DNA of 64,000 nucleotides from Gammaproteobacteria bacterium (GTDB lineage: Bacteria > Pseudomonadota > Gammaproteobacteria > Eutrophobiales > Eutrophobiaceae): NCBI GenBank assembly GCA_965222155.1, contig CBDCTH010000012.1, positions 1 through 64,000 on the forward strand. Reading direction: 5' to 3'. A program made the translations under genes and the position numbers. Shown in pieces: positions 10,460-20,575 of this stretch; position 1 is the stretch's first letter; each line of letters opens with the position of its first letter. The notes beneath the pieces were generated by a model. The model saw nothing but the letters and a program-made list of their open reading frames with translations. It made no database searches and was not told the origin of the DNA.

Positions 10460-11431
10460 ATGAGCAAACCCAGAGTAATAGTAAGCCGCAAATGGCCGCA
10501 GGAAGTTGAAAGCAGGATGCAGGAGGTCTTCGATGTGCAACTGAACGAAGAAGATATTCCCATGTCCGTCAGCCAGATGCAGGCGGCATTGCAGAGCGCC
10601 GATGCCTTTTGCCCTACCGTCTCAGATAAGGTCAGTGCGGAGGTCCTCTCCGTAGACAAGCTGAAGGCCGGGATTATCGGCAGCTATGGCGTTGGCTTTA
10701 ACCATATTGATCTCGATGCCGCCAAGGCGAACGGGTTGGTGGTGACGAACACTCCGGAAGTGCTGACCGACTGCACCGCGGATATCGCCATGACCCTGTT
10801 GCTGATGACTGCGCGGCGCGCTGGCGAGGGTGAGCGGCATGTGCGTAACAAAGAATGGACCGGCTGGCGTCCGACCCACATGATGGGCACAAAGGTGACC
10901 GGCAAGACGCTGGGCCTGATCGGGATGGGCAGGATAGCGAGGGCCATGGCGCACAAAGCTTTCCACGGGTTCGGCATGAAAATCATCTTTACCGATCCGT
11001 ATCCACCGCCGCAGGAGTTAATCAGCTCACTGCAGGCCGAAGCCCGCGCCACTGTTGAAGACGTGCTGCGCGAAGCGGATTTCGTATCCCTGCACTGTCC
11101 GGGCGGCAAGGAAACCTATCACTTAATCAACAGCGAACGCCTGGCCATAATGAAACCCGGGGCGTTTCTCATCAACAGCGCGCGTGGCGACGTTGTTGAC
11201 CAGTCCGCCTTGATAGCGGCCCTGGAACAGGGCGTCATTGCCGGCGCCGGCCTGGACGTTTTTGAAGGAGAACCGGCCGTACCCGATAAATTATTGTCGA
11301 TGGAGAACGTGGTGTTGTTCCCACACCTGGGCAGTGCATCCCGGGAAACCAGGGTAGCGATGGGCCTGCGGGTCGTGGAGAACCTGCAGGCGTTCTTCAA
11401 CGGCGAGAAGCCACGCGATCGCGTTGTGTGA
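10460..11431 (+). CDS. D-glycerate dehydrogenase / hydroxypyruvate (glyoxylate) reductase
   Basis: D-2-hydroxyacid dehydrogenase motifs GVGFNHID, GMGRIA, INSARG, DVFEGEP, PHLGSA; serine-cycle context. Confidence 0.85.
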   Translation: MSKPRVIVSRKWPQEVESRMQEVFDVQLNEEDIPMSVSQMQAALQSADAFCPTVSDKVSAEVLSVDKLKAGIIGSYGVGFNHIDLDAAKANGLVVTNTPEVLTDCTADIAMTLLLMTARRAGEGERHVRNKEWTGWRPTHMMGTKVTGKTLGLIGMGRIARAMAHKAFHGFGMKIIFTDPYPPPQELISSLQAEARATVEDVLREADFVSLHCPGGKETYHLINSERLAIMKPGAFLINSARGDVVDQSALIAALEQGVIAGAGLDVFEGEPAVPDKLLSMENVVLFPHLGSASRETRVAMGLRVVENLQAFFNGEKPRDRVV

Positions 11432-14169
11432 AATCTCAGCCAAATTCACCATTCGACTTCCCTGAACAGTCCTCGGCTGCCGGACTGGACTCGGCAACAG
11501 CCAGCTACGCCGGCAACCTTATAGAGCTGTTGGCAGAGCTGTTACGCCAGGTCATCGGGCAGAGAAAACCGGAAATACTCCCCGTCTTTGCAGGTAGGCA
11601 AGCCCTGCCCAGAGATAACAACGAGTTGCTGCTGGCTGGTTTACAGGCCTGGGGGATCTGGTTTCAACTGCTCAATATCGCCGAAGAAAACGCAGCCATG
11701 CGCCGGCGCCGGGTTACGGAGAGCATCCAGGGGCTGGAACATGTGTCCGGTACTTTTGCCAACGTGATTGCCCTGGCCGCAGAGACCGGCCTGTCCCACC
11801 AGGAAGTCCAGGATTTGCTGGACCGCATGAAAGTGACGCCGACCATCACCGCACACCCCACCGAGGCAAAACGCATAACGGTGTTGCAGATACACCGGCG
11901 CATCTACGTTCTCCTGTACCGCCTCGAAGCCACGCGCTGGACCTCCCGTGAACGTGAGACCCTGGAACAACAACTGCGCAATGAAATTGACCTGCTCTGG
12001 TTGACCGGTGAACTGCGCCTGGAAAAGCCTTCCGTAGTCCAGGAGATAAAATGGGGCCTGCATTTCTTTGAGCAGACCTTGTATGAACGCGTCCCGGAGA
12101 CCCTGGATCGGCTTGACCTGGCCTTGTCCAGGCATTATCCCGGTAAAGAATTCAGCATCCCGCCTCTTTACCGGTTCGGCACCTGGATCGGCGGTGACCG
12201 GGATGGCAACCCGTTCGTGAACAATGCAGTTACCCGGGAAGCCCTGTTACTGAACAGGCGAACCGTTTTGCTGCATTACCAGCAGCAGTTGGGCAAGCTG
12301 TTCCTGAAGATCAGCGTCTCCATCCATGCCGTGCGCGCTCCCGCGGGGTTCATCAATCACCTGAACGGCTTACTGGACGCCAGCGGCCAGAGAAAAAACA
12401 TTGAAAAACGCAACCCGGGCGAGATATTCAGGCAGTTCGTCTTTTGTGTGCAGGAAAAAATCAAAAATACCGAGAAGAAAAATACCCTCAGCGGATTCAG
12501 CTATGATACTGCCGACCGGTTTATCCAGGATTTGAATATTCTCGAACAGGGACTGGAGGAAGCAGACTGTGCGCAACTTGCAAGAGCGCAGATAACGCCG
12601 TTACGGCGCCAGGCCGAGGCATTCCGGTTTTGCACCGCGCGGCTTGACGTCAGGGAAAACTCCACGGTCATTACCAGCACACTGCAGGACATCTGGCGTT
12701 TGCGCCGGCAACAGGAGACCCCGCCCGATGCGGATTCGGCAGCTTGGCTCGAATGGATACAAGAGGAGCTGTCCACACCTTTTGACCAGCTCCCCCAGGT
12801 ATCTTTAAGCGACCGGCAAAGCGTCATGACATTCGGCCTGTTCCAGTTGATTGCCGAAACCCGGCAGACTCTGGACCGAGAGGCCATGGGAGGGTTTATC
12901 CTGAGCATGACCCGCTCGGTCGCAGACGTTCTGGGAGTCTACCTGCTGGCCAAATACGCCGGTGTGTTCATTGACAGCCAGGCAGTGGAAAGTTCCCCCT
13001 TGCCGGTGATACCGCTGTTCGAGACCATCGAAGACCTGCGCGTTGCCCCCCGGATCATGCAGACCCTGCTGAAAACACCGGTGGTGCGGCGCAGTATCAG
13101 GGAACAGGGCGGCATACAGGAGGTCATGATCGGCTATTCGGACTCCAATAAGGACGGCGGGTTTCTGACGGCCAATTACGAGTTGAGCCGGGTCCAGGTC
13201 GAACTGACCAAAATCGGCGTCAAGAGCAAAATCCCGATTGTCTTCTTTCACGGCAGGGGAGGTTCGGTCAGTCGCGGCGGCGGACCCACCGACAGCGCCA
13301 TTGCCGCACAACCGGCGGGCTCCGTCAACGGTAAACTGCGGATTACCGAGCAGGGAGAAGTGGTTTCCTCCAAGTACGCCAACCATGGAACTGCCCAATA
13401 CCAGATGGAGTTGCTAGCCGCCAGTGTCATGGAACACACCCTGAAATCCATGACTGCGGAGCAACTCAATCCCGAACCGGAATTTGAGCAGGCCATGGAC
13501 GCCCTGTCCAGCCTGGCCTACACGACCTACCGGAAACTGGTCGAGGAAACCGGCCTGGTCGATTACTACCATGCGGCAAGTCCGGTACTGGAACTGGGTA
13601 AATTACGCATCGGCTCCCGCCCGGACCGAAGGTTCGGCGCCAACTCGCTGGATGACCTGCGCGCCATTCCCTGGGTGTTTGCCTGGACCCAGAATCGCCA
13701 TCATGTCCCGGCCTGGTACGGACTGGGCAGCGCCGTAGAGAACTTCATCAAGGTCCGGGGACAAGAAGGCTTGAAGCTGTTGCGGGAGATGTATGATAAC
13801 TGGAGCCTGTTCAGCCTGGTCATCGATGAGGTTGAAAAATCCCTGGCTTTTGTGGATGCCGACGTGATGCGCAGCTATGCCGATCTGTTAAGTCAATCGA
13901 CAATCAGGGAAAAATTATTCATGAAGGTCGTAAGGGAATACGAACTGTCCGTCGAAAAAATACTTCTCATAACAGGAGAGACAAAACTGGCTGAACGCTT
14001 TCCCCGCTTCAGCAGGAAACTGGAACGCCGTGGCGATATTCTCAAACAGGTCGGATTGGCCCAGGTCGAACTGGTCAAACGGTTTCGCGAACAGGACAAA
14101 CAGGCAGATCTGGTGGCGCTACTGCTTTCCATCAACTGCGTCAGCGCCGGTCTGGGGTGGACCGGGTGA
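11428..14169 (+). CDS. ppc: Phosphoenolpyruvate carboxylase
   Basis: TAHPTE, WIGGDRDGNP, QEVMIGYSDSNKDGG, FHGRGGSVSRGGG, LRAIPWVFAW. Confidence 0.95.
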   Translation: MKSQPNSPFDFPEQSSAAGLDSATASYAGNLIELLAELLRQVIGQRKPEILPVFAGRQALPRDNNELLLAGLQAWGIWFQLLNIAEENAAMRRRRVTESIQGLEHVSGTFANVIALAAETGLSHQEVQDLLDRMKVTPTITAHPTEAKRITVLQIHRRIYVLLYRLEATRWTSRERETLEQQLRNEIDLLWLTGELRLEKPSVVQEIKWGLHFFEQTLYERVPETLDRLDLALSRHYPGKEFSIPPLYRFGTWIGGDRDGNPFVNNAVTREALLLNRRTVLLHYQQQLGKLFLKISVSIHAVRAPAGFINHLNGLLDASGQRKNIEKRNPGEIFRQFVFCVQEKIKNTEKKNTLSGFSYDTADRFIQDLNILEQGLEEADCAQLARAQITPLRRQAEAFRFCTARLDVRENSTVITSTLQDIWRLRRQQETPPDADSAAWLEWIQEELSTPFDQLPQVSLSDRQSVMTFGLFQLIAETRQTLDREAMGGFILSMTRSVADVLGVYLLAKYAGVFIDSQAVESSPLPVIPLFETIEDLRVAPRIMQTLLKTPVVRRSIREQGGIQEVMIGYSDSNKDGGFLTANYELSRVQVELTKIGVKSKIPIVFFHGRGGSVSRGGGPTDSAIAAQPAGSVNGKLRITEQGEVVSSKYANHGTAQYQMELLAASVMEHTLKSMTAEQLNPEPEFEQAMDALSSLAYTTYRKLVEETGLVDYYHAASPVLELGKLRIGSRPDRRFGANSLDDLRAIPWVFAWTQNRHHVPAWYGLGSAVENFIKVRGQEGLKLLREMYDNWSLFSLVIDEVEKSLAFVDADVMRSYADLLSQSTIREKLFMKVVREYELSVEKILLITGETKLAERFPRFSRKLERRGDILKQVGLAQVELVKRFREQDKQADLVALLLSINCVSAGLGWTG

Positions 14170-14360
14170 GTTGGCATTCTGTCAGACTTGCTAGTCGCCA
14201 TCACGAACGTCACGGGCGATACGTAAGATGGCGTGGTCCGGCATGGATTTAATCAGACGTATCATATCAGCAACGATGCCCCCGTCCAGGATGAGTAATA
14301 GCTCTTGAAAGGTCTTTAAACAGCTGCTATTCTAGGTACTGATAAAAGCTCTTTGTAGAG

Positions 14361-14636
14361 GTGATTATGTCGATCAAATTTTCCGAGGACCTGGTTCCCA
14401 TGACTGATCTGAAGGTGAATCCGGCGCGTGTGGTGAAACATACGACTGAGGTGCATCGGCCCGTGCTGCTTACCAGCCGCGGCCGGGGCGTGGCCGTGGT
14501 CCAATCAGTTGGCGATTACGAGAAGGCAGAGGAAGAGCGGGACTTCATGCGGGCGGTAGTCGCGGGTCTGTCAGACCTGGAGTCAGGGCATGAGGTATCT
14601 CTCGACGATGCCAGGACACGGCTCGGCCTGAAATAG
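14361..14636 (+). CDS. Phd/YefM-family antitoxin
   Basis: Short protein with the DLK...RPVLLTSRGRGVAVV Phd pattern, upstream of a RelE/ParE toxin. Confidence 0.85.
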   Translation: MIMSIKFSEDLVPMTDLKVNPARVVKHTTEVHRPVLLTSRGRGVAVVQSVGDYEKAEEERDFMRAVVAGLSDLESGHEVSLDDARTRLGLK

Positions 14637-14640
14637 CGTC

Positions 14641-14967
14641 GTGCCCCTGATGGTCATCAGCTTCGCCGAATCCGCACTCGGCGATCTTGAGGAGGTGCAG
14701 GCTTGGTACGCTGAGCAGGGGGTGCCCGGCGTTGGGGCGAGGCTGGTAGAGGAAGTGTTCCGGCGCGTCCAGGCCTTGGCCGACCATCCTGATATGGGCC
14801 GGATAGTGCCCGAATTCGATCAACCCTTTTTGCGCGAACTCATCCATCCGCCATTCCGCATAGTGTACCGGCGTGATCCCCAACGGGTGAGGGTTGTCCG
14901 CGTCTGGCGTAGCGAACGCCTGTTGCTGCTTCCCACGGATGGTGAAGGAGGATCGTCAAAGACGTGA
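14641..14967 (+). CDS. RelE/ParE-family toxin
   Basis: FAESALGDLEE, HPDMGRIVPE, RELIHPPFRIVYR. Confidence 0.85.
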   Translation: MPLMVISFAESALGDLEEVQAWYAEQGVPGVGARLVEEVFRRVQALADHPDMGRIVPEFDQPFLRELIHPPFRIVYRRDPQRVRVVRVWRSERLLLLPTDGEGGSSKT

Positions 14968-15010
14968 GGACTGCTACGGGCCAGAGATGGCTACTCTAAT
15001 ACAGGTATTA

Positions 15011-16144
15011 TTAACAAAATACTGTCAATACGCCCGTGTACCCATAAAGCCTGTTATGGAAGATTTCCCCGTTGGCGAAAAAGCCGACCAGCGGCAGGTC
15101 GCCCAGCTCGGCGCGGATCAGCTTCAACTCTTCTGAGTCAGGGCCGAACTGGTAGCGCCCGCGACCGGTACAGGAATAATAGACCGCCCCCCTGGGGGTT
15201 GAGGTTAACCGGCCTTTTATATCGGTCAGCATGCGTTGCATGTCCTGCCTGGCCGTATTGCCGTCACGCCGGCAGAACATGATCTCACTGCCCTCCGTCA
15301 CCAGTTGACCTACGGCAATGAGGCGATTGCCCTCATCGATGCCGACCAGGTTACGTACCATGTAATCGCTGGTATCGGATCCGGGGATGGGAAAACCTGC
15401 GAAAATATAACCTGCAACGCGCTGCAGGTCCCGGGCTATCACTTCACCCACGTCTTCCTTGAATACGTCCAGGGCGGGTCTGTTATCCAGTTCGATGATG
15501 ATGTTACGCTCACAGGCGGAGATGACGTGCCTGGGGGTAAAAGGGGTGCAGCCCTGGGTATGGCCGGTCGCCACGGGCACCTCGCTGGAGAACAATACAC
15601 CGGATATACCACCGGACACGACCGTATCGGCCACTTGTACGTTCACGTCCCCGGAAGAGCTCAGGCCGCCCACGAAAAAAGCATTGGGTATAGATTGCGC
15701 CAGTGTCGAGATCAAGGACGGTACCTGCATGTTGCCGGGGTCGCAGTGGAGGATGCCGAAATAAAACTCATCGTGTTTCAGCCAATCGCCGGTACTGTGG
15801 ATGAAGTTGTCGATATCCCCGGTCTGTACGGGCACCGTCCTGAACGTGGTATCAGGAAAATCTGCGAGCAGGATAGTCAAGGCCGGCTGATCATAATATT
15901 CTTGCCCGGTGGCGCTCACACCCAGGCCGACACTGCCTGACCAGTGTGTGACACCGGTACGTTGCCGGAGTGTATCCAATATAATGTCGAGCTTTGGTAT
16001 GAGGGTATAGGTGGCGTAGATAAAACCGAAGTTCGCTGAGTCGGGGACCTGACCGATCTGGTCCAGGCAGTCTTTAACCAGTTGCCTGGGCGCCTGGTTA
16101 CTGCTGTGTCCTACCAGAAACTGTTGCATCGGTGGTTTTATCAT
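15011..16144 (-). CDS. FIST-domain protein
   Basis: QGCTP, ELDNRPAL, YMVRNLVGID, YYSCTGRG, GFFANGEI...YGYTGV. Confidence 0.88.
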   Translation of the reverse strand: MIKPPMQQFLVGHSSNQAPRQLVKDCLDQIGQVPDSANFGFIYATYTLIPKLDIILDTLRQRTGVTHWSGSVGLGVSATGQEYYDQPALTILLADFPDTTFRTVPVQTGDIDNFIHSTGDWLKHDEFYFGILHCDPGNMQVPSLISTLAQSIPNAFFVGGLSSSGDVNVQVADTVVSGGISGVLFSSEVPVATGHTQGCTPFTPRHVISACERNIIIELDNRPALDVFKEDVGEVIARDLQRVAGYIFAGFPIPGSDTSDYMVRNLVGIDEGNRLIAVGQLVTEGSEIMFCRRDGNTARQDMQRMLTDIKGRLTSTPRGAVYYSCTGRGRYQFGPDSEELKLIRAELGDLPLVGFFANGEIFHNRLYGYTGVLTVFC

Positions 16145-16352
16145 ATGCGACCGGCTTTTTGCCCGTATCGTGTTGTATTGGCGCTTGGCTTATCCTCCCC
16201 TTACACGTGCGGGATGTGCTTTTGGCAAAGCCGTAGTGCAGGGTGAGGTAGCCGATTTGCTCTTTCCCTGTATATCTGTGGTTGCAAAATAATCATACAT
16301 AATTAACACTAAGCTTTCCATTTCGTTGAGTTTCTGCAGGAGGGCGTAAACC

Positions 16353-16808
16353 ATGAATAATCCAAGAATGCCGACAAACGTGCCTGATTTTGTTACGGAT
16401 CATCTGCGCCGCTATCTTGATAGTAACGGGGAAGACGGACACATGTGGAATTCCACGGGATTGGGGGATCATGGGGAATGCCCGTCTTTGCTGCTGACAA
16501 CCATCGGGCGTCGCACGGGACAGCCCGTCATTACCCCGCTGATCTACGGCGAAGCCGGTGGAGCTTATGTGGTTGTAGGTTCAAGAGGCGGCGCGCCCAC
16601 TCATCCCAACTGGTATCTGAACCTTGTTGCCAACCCCGAGGTGGAACTACAGATTATCTCCGAACGGTTCAAGGCCAGGGCCAGGACGGCGGCCGGAGAA
16701 GAACGCGCGCAACTGTGGGATTTAATGCTGACCATATATCCGACCTATACGGAATTGCAGGACAAAACGGACCGCGAGATTCCGATTGTCGTCATGGAAA
16801 AGGAATAG
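16353..16808 (+). CDS. Deazaflavin (F420)-dependent nitroreductase family protein (Ddn-like)
   Basis: LLLTTIGRRTG, GSRGGAPTHPNWYLNLVANPEV, TDREIPIVV. Confidence 0.88.
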   Translation: MNNPRMPTNVPDFVTDHLRRYLDSNGEDGHMWNSTGLGDHGECPSLLLTTIGRRTGQPVITPLIYGEAGGAYVVVGSRGGAPTHPNWYLNLVANPEVELQIISERFKARARTAAGEERAQLWDLMLTIYPTYTELQDKTDREIPIVVMEKE

Positions 16809-16878
16809 ACCTGGTTGTACCAGGGTCAGATATTTCAGCAGTTTGCCCGTTGGGCACTAAAGGCCTGAGTCATAAGTC

Positions 16879-18192
16879 ATGGCAACTGTAAATGAGAACA
16901 GCCCGGCATCTCAGGATGCGGTCGCGAATCTCGAAACCACCTATACGATGGAGGTTAGCGATACGTTCAACGGCAACCTTGACCACAAGTTCGACGAAGA
17001 CTGGATCAGGATCGACCTGATCAGGGGAAAAACCTATCAGGTTACTCTTTCCGGCCGCGGAACGGCCCCCGACAAGGCGGAGGACACCATCCTCAAGCTG
17101 TTTGATTCAAACGGAAATCATATCCTTACAAACGACGATATCGACGCAGAAAAGCGTATATTCGATTCACGCCTGACGTTTACCATGCACGTCAGCGGCA
17201 GCTACTACATCAGCGCCGCCAGCTATACCAGCAACCCGAACACGGACAATTCCGGGGCTTACGCGGTACTGGTTGAAGATATAGAGGTGGTTACCACTAT
17301 CGACGACACTATCACGGGTACCAGCAGAGGGAACAGCCTGACCGGCACCAATAAAGTGGAAAAGATCTATGGTCTCGGGGGGAACGATTACCTGTACGGC
17401 CGCGGCGGTGACGATGAACTGGACGGCGGACCCGGGAACGACACGTTGAACGGCGGCGCCGGGGCCGACAGACTGACCGGTGGTGATGGTAACGATACCG
17501 CGTCCTACACGGGTTCTCCCGCGGGCGTGACGGTACGCCTCCATGATCCCGCGCCCTGGGGTGGTGACGCCCAAGGCGATACATTCGCAGGGATGGTCAC
17601 GTATGCCTATACGGACAACCGCAAACGGGTGGAGGTGGAACTCCCTGATATCATCAACCTGAGGGGATCGGATCACGATGACATCCTGGCCGGCGACCAG
17701 CGGGCCAACAAACTTTCGGGCGGCAGGGGCAACGATACGATATATGGGGGTCCTGGTGGTGATGATACGAACCAGGACACCATAGACGGCGGCCCCGGCC
17801 ATGACAGGCTGTTCGGCGGTCCGGGGGATGATACGCTGTACGGCAGTGAGGGCGATGACATGCTCAAGGGTGGCCCCGGTGATGACACGCTCGAGGGTAA
17901 CTCGGGAGATGACACGCTTGAAAGCGGTGCGGGCGCTGACACAATGGACGGCGGCATTGGCTTTGACACCTTCATCTTCGATTCGGAGCACGGGAAAGAC
18001 ACCATAACCGACTTTAGAAATGGTAAGGATTTAATCGACGTCAAAGCCTTTGGTTTATCGGGGTTTGATGACCTCGTGCTTGCGTCAGATGCGGATGGTG
18101 TGGCAATTGACTTGTCGGATCATGGGGGAGGAACCATCCTGCTTGAGGGTTTCGATATTGCCAACCTGGATGCGACGGATTTTCTGTTCTGA
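16879..18192 (+). CDS. RTX calcium-binding repeat protein with N-terminal PPC-like domain
   Basis: Many GGxGxD nonapeptides; C-terminal DTITDF...DFLF type I secretion-like tail. Confidence 0.88.
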   Translation: MATVNENSPASQDAVANLETTYTMEVSDTFNGNLDHKFDEDWIRIDLIRGKTYQVTLSGRGTAPDKAEDTILKLFDSNGNHILTNDDIDAEKRIFDSRLTFTMHVSGSYYISAASYTSNPNTDNSGAYAVLVEDIEVVTTIDDTITGTSRGNSLTGTNKVEKIYGLGGNDYLYGRGGDDELDGGPGNDTLNGGAGADRLTGGDGNDTASYTGSPAGVTVRLHDPAPWGGDAQGDTFAGMVTYAYTDNRKRVEVELPDIINLRGSDHDDILAGDQRANKLSGGRGNDTIYGGPGGDDTNQDTIDGGPGHDRLFGGPGDDTLYGSEGDDMLKGGPGDDTLEGNSGDDTLESGAGADTMDGGIGFDTFIFDSEHGKDTITDFRNGKDLIDVKAFGLSGFDDLVLASDADGVAIDLSDHGGGTILLEGFDIANLDATDFLF

Positions 18193-18256
18193 CCGGCGCC
18201 AATATCTGTGTGGCGGACGGACTCCGTAACGCATGATCTGTGCTAGTATAGCGGTT

Positions 18257-18366
18257 GCGGCCTGTGCTGGTCTCCCCGCGGCGCGAAGTTGTGAACCCCG
18301 TCAGGCCCGGAAGGGAGCAGCGGTAACAATGGATGCGGGCGCCGGGGCAAGAACAGTATGGGTCGC
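18257..18366 (+). ncRNA. ffs: Signal recognition particle RNA (4.5S)
   Basis: Conserved tcaggcccggaagggagcagc domain IV inside a long hairpin, upstream of dnaX; TGcTAGTAT extended -10 just upstream. Confidence 0.92.
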
Positions 18367-18468
18367 TTTATATTCTACTGACAAGGGAGGGATGTAAAAA
18401 AAACGTGTGCAGCTTGTCAATCGAACTGTTTTTATATGCCGAATTGAAACATTACTACAGGTTGATCA

Positions 18469-20127
18469 ATGAGTTACCAGGTACTGGCGCGTAAATGGCG
18501 ACCCCGCTTGTTTGCGGACATGGTCGGGCAGGGGCATGTCCTCAGGGTGCTGGTGAATGCGCTGGATTCCGATAGATTACACCATGCGTATCTGTTTACG
18601 GGTACCCGTGGCGTGGGTAAAACAACCCTGGCCAGAATCCTGGCGAAGTGTCTCAACTGTGAAGCGGGCGTCAGTTCCGAACCGTGCGGGCAGTGCAGCG
18701 CCTGTGTGGGTATCGATGAGGGCCGGTTTGTCGATTTAATTGAAGTCGACGCGGCATCGCGGGCCAAAGTGGATGAAACCCGGGACCTGATGGATAACGT
18801 TCCGTATGCGCCCACTGCCGGCAGGTACAAGGTCTATCTCATAGATGAAGTGCACATGTTCTCGAAACACAGTTTCAATGCCTTGTTGAAGACCCTGGAA
18901 GAGCCGCCTGACCATGTAAAATTCCTGCTGGCGACAACCGAACCGAAAAGGATCCCGATCACCATCCTGTCGCGCTGTATGCAGTTTAACCTCAAGCACC
19001 TGAGCGCGGGGCAGATAGAAGCCCAACTGGACAAAATCCTGGCAGAAGAGGACATCGCAGCAGAGGATACCTGTACTCGCCTGATTGCAGCCGCTGCCGA
19101 TGGCAGTATGCGCGATGCGCTCAGCCTGCTGGATCAAGCCATATCCTATGGCGATGGTCGGCTGGAGGCAGTCCAGGTCCGCGCCATGCTGGGCACGATT
19201 GACGGTGACGAGTTGAGCGCTTTGCTTACGGATATTATCGAACGGAATGCCGCGTCCCTGCTCGCAAGGATCAACAACATGGCCGAGCTGGCTCCGGATT
19301 ATGACGCCATGCTCGCGCAGTTGTTATCCATTCTGCATAATACTGCGGTCGCACAGGTGTTGCCGGATGGATCTGACCTGGTTGACGAGACCAGCCGTAC
19401 ATTTGCCCGCAGACTCGATAAAGAGGATGTCCAACTCTACTACCAGCTTGCCTTGAATGGCCGCCGGGACCTGCACATCGCGCCTGATCCGAAAACCGCG
19501 TTTGAAATGACCATGATCCGCCTGCTGGCGTTTTGCCCCTGGGAACCTGCCGATACGCAAAAACTGGACGATGGTGAAGCGCTAATGAAGCGTAGCTCGC
19601 CTGCAGCAGAGAACAATCAAGCGGCAGTGAACTACGATGGACCGGTAGCAAACGATAGCCGGCCGGTCGCAGACCATACCGGATCAACAAATACTGCGCT
19701 GAGTAATCAGGATCAGGTGCAGGATGCGCCGGTGCTTATCAGCAATGATGACTGGCATAATCTGACAGATTCCATGGCGCTGGATGGACTGACAAAAGAA
19801 CTGGCTTCCCACTGTACATTGCTGAAGTATGAAGGAAACAGGATATGTTTAAACCTGCACCCTGAACAGGAACACTTGTCTGCAACGAACCAGAAGGAAA
19901 AGTTGCTGGCTACGATCAGGGAGCGTTTCGGTGCAGAAATCAAGCTTGTCGTGACGGTTGAGGGGTCCGGGGATGAAACACCTGCGCAAAGGAAAGCCCG
20001 TAAAGACCTTGAGAAAAAACGGGCTGCACTGGAAGCAGTAGAAAAAGACCCCGACGTCAAGCTGGTCAGAGATACCTTTGATGCGACTATCGATAAAGAA
20101 TCGACCAGATATTTGGGGTCAGAGTAA
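18469..20127 (+). CDS. dnaX: DNA polymerase III subunit gamma/tau
   Basis: MSYQVLARKWRP, GTRGVGKTT, IDEVHM, SRC motif. Confidence 0.96.
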   Translation: MSYQVLARKWRPRLFADMVGQGHVLRVLVNALDSDRLHHAYLFTGTRGVGKTTLARILAKCLNCEAGVSSEPCGQCSACVGIDEGRFVDLIEVDAASRAKVDETRDLMDNVPYAPTAGRYKVYLIDEVHMFSKHSFNALLKTLEEPPDHVKFLLATTEPKRIPITILSRCMQFNLKHLSAGQIEAQLDKILAEEDIAAEDTCTRLIAAAADGSMRDALSLLDQAISYGDGRLEAVQVRAMLGTIDGDELSALLTDIIERNAASLLARINNMAELAPDYDAMLAQLLSILHNTAVAQVLPDGSDLVDETSRTFARRLDKEDVQLYYQLALNGRRDLHIAPDPKTAFEMTMIRLLAFCPWEPADTQKLDDGEALMKRSSPAAENNQAAVNYDGPVANDSRPVADHTGSTNTALSNQDQVQDAPVLISNDDWHNLTDSMALDGLTKELASHCTLLKYEGNRICLNLHPEQEHLSATNQKEKLLATIRERFGAEIKLVVTVEGSGDETPAQRKARKDLEKKRAALEAVEKDPDVKLVRDTFDATIDKESTRYLGSE

Positions 20128-20191
20128 AAACCTGTATCTTTATCTTTGCCAGCCACGTTCATGACAGGTTTTTACTCTGACCCCAAATATC
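20108..20191. repeat. GGGGTCAG-type 28-bp inverted repeat overlapping the dnaX 3' end
   Basis: gatatttggggtcagagtaaaaacctgt / acaggtttttactctgaccccaaatatc. Confidence 0.88.
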
Positions 20192-20209
20192 AATAGAAAG
20201 GAGAAACAA

Positions 20210-20533
20210 ATGAAAGGTGGTTTCGGTGACATCATGCAACAGGCCCAGAAAATGCAGGAAAACATGCAGCGGGTGCAGGAGGAAATCGCTGCCACGGAAG
20301 TGCAGGGTGAGGCCGGCGCAGGCATGGTCAAGGTCATCATGACCGGCAGACATGACCTTAAACGGGTTGAGATCGAACCGTCCCTGCTGACTGCCGACAA
20401 GGAGATGCTGGAAGACCTGATAGCCGCCGCCGTGAATGACGCCAACAGGCGGGTGGAAAAGGCCACCCAGGACAAGATGGCCAATGTAGCTTCCGGCATG
20501 GGCCTCCCCGCAGGTTTTAAACTGCCGTTTTGA
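20210..20533 (+). CDS. ybaB: YbaB/EbfC nucleoid-associated protein
   Basis: [31 protein letters not shown]; lies between dnaX and recR. Confidence 0.94.
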   Translation: MKGGFGDIMQQAQKMQENMQRVQEEIAATEVQGEAGAGMVKVIMTGRHDLKRVEIEPSLLTADKEMLEDLIAAAVNDANRRVEKATQDKMANVASGMGLPAGFKLPF

Positions 20534-20575
20534 GTCGGCAAAAATGAGCATGAAAGCTGTAACAACCGGTGAGAA

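Noticed and set aside
18469-20127. Programmed -1 frameshift in dnaX
   Set aside because: No AAAAAAG slippery site with a downstream hairpin was seen at the expected position
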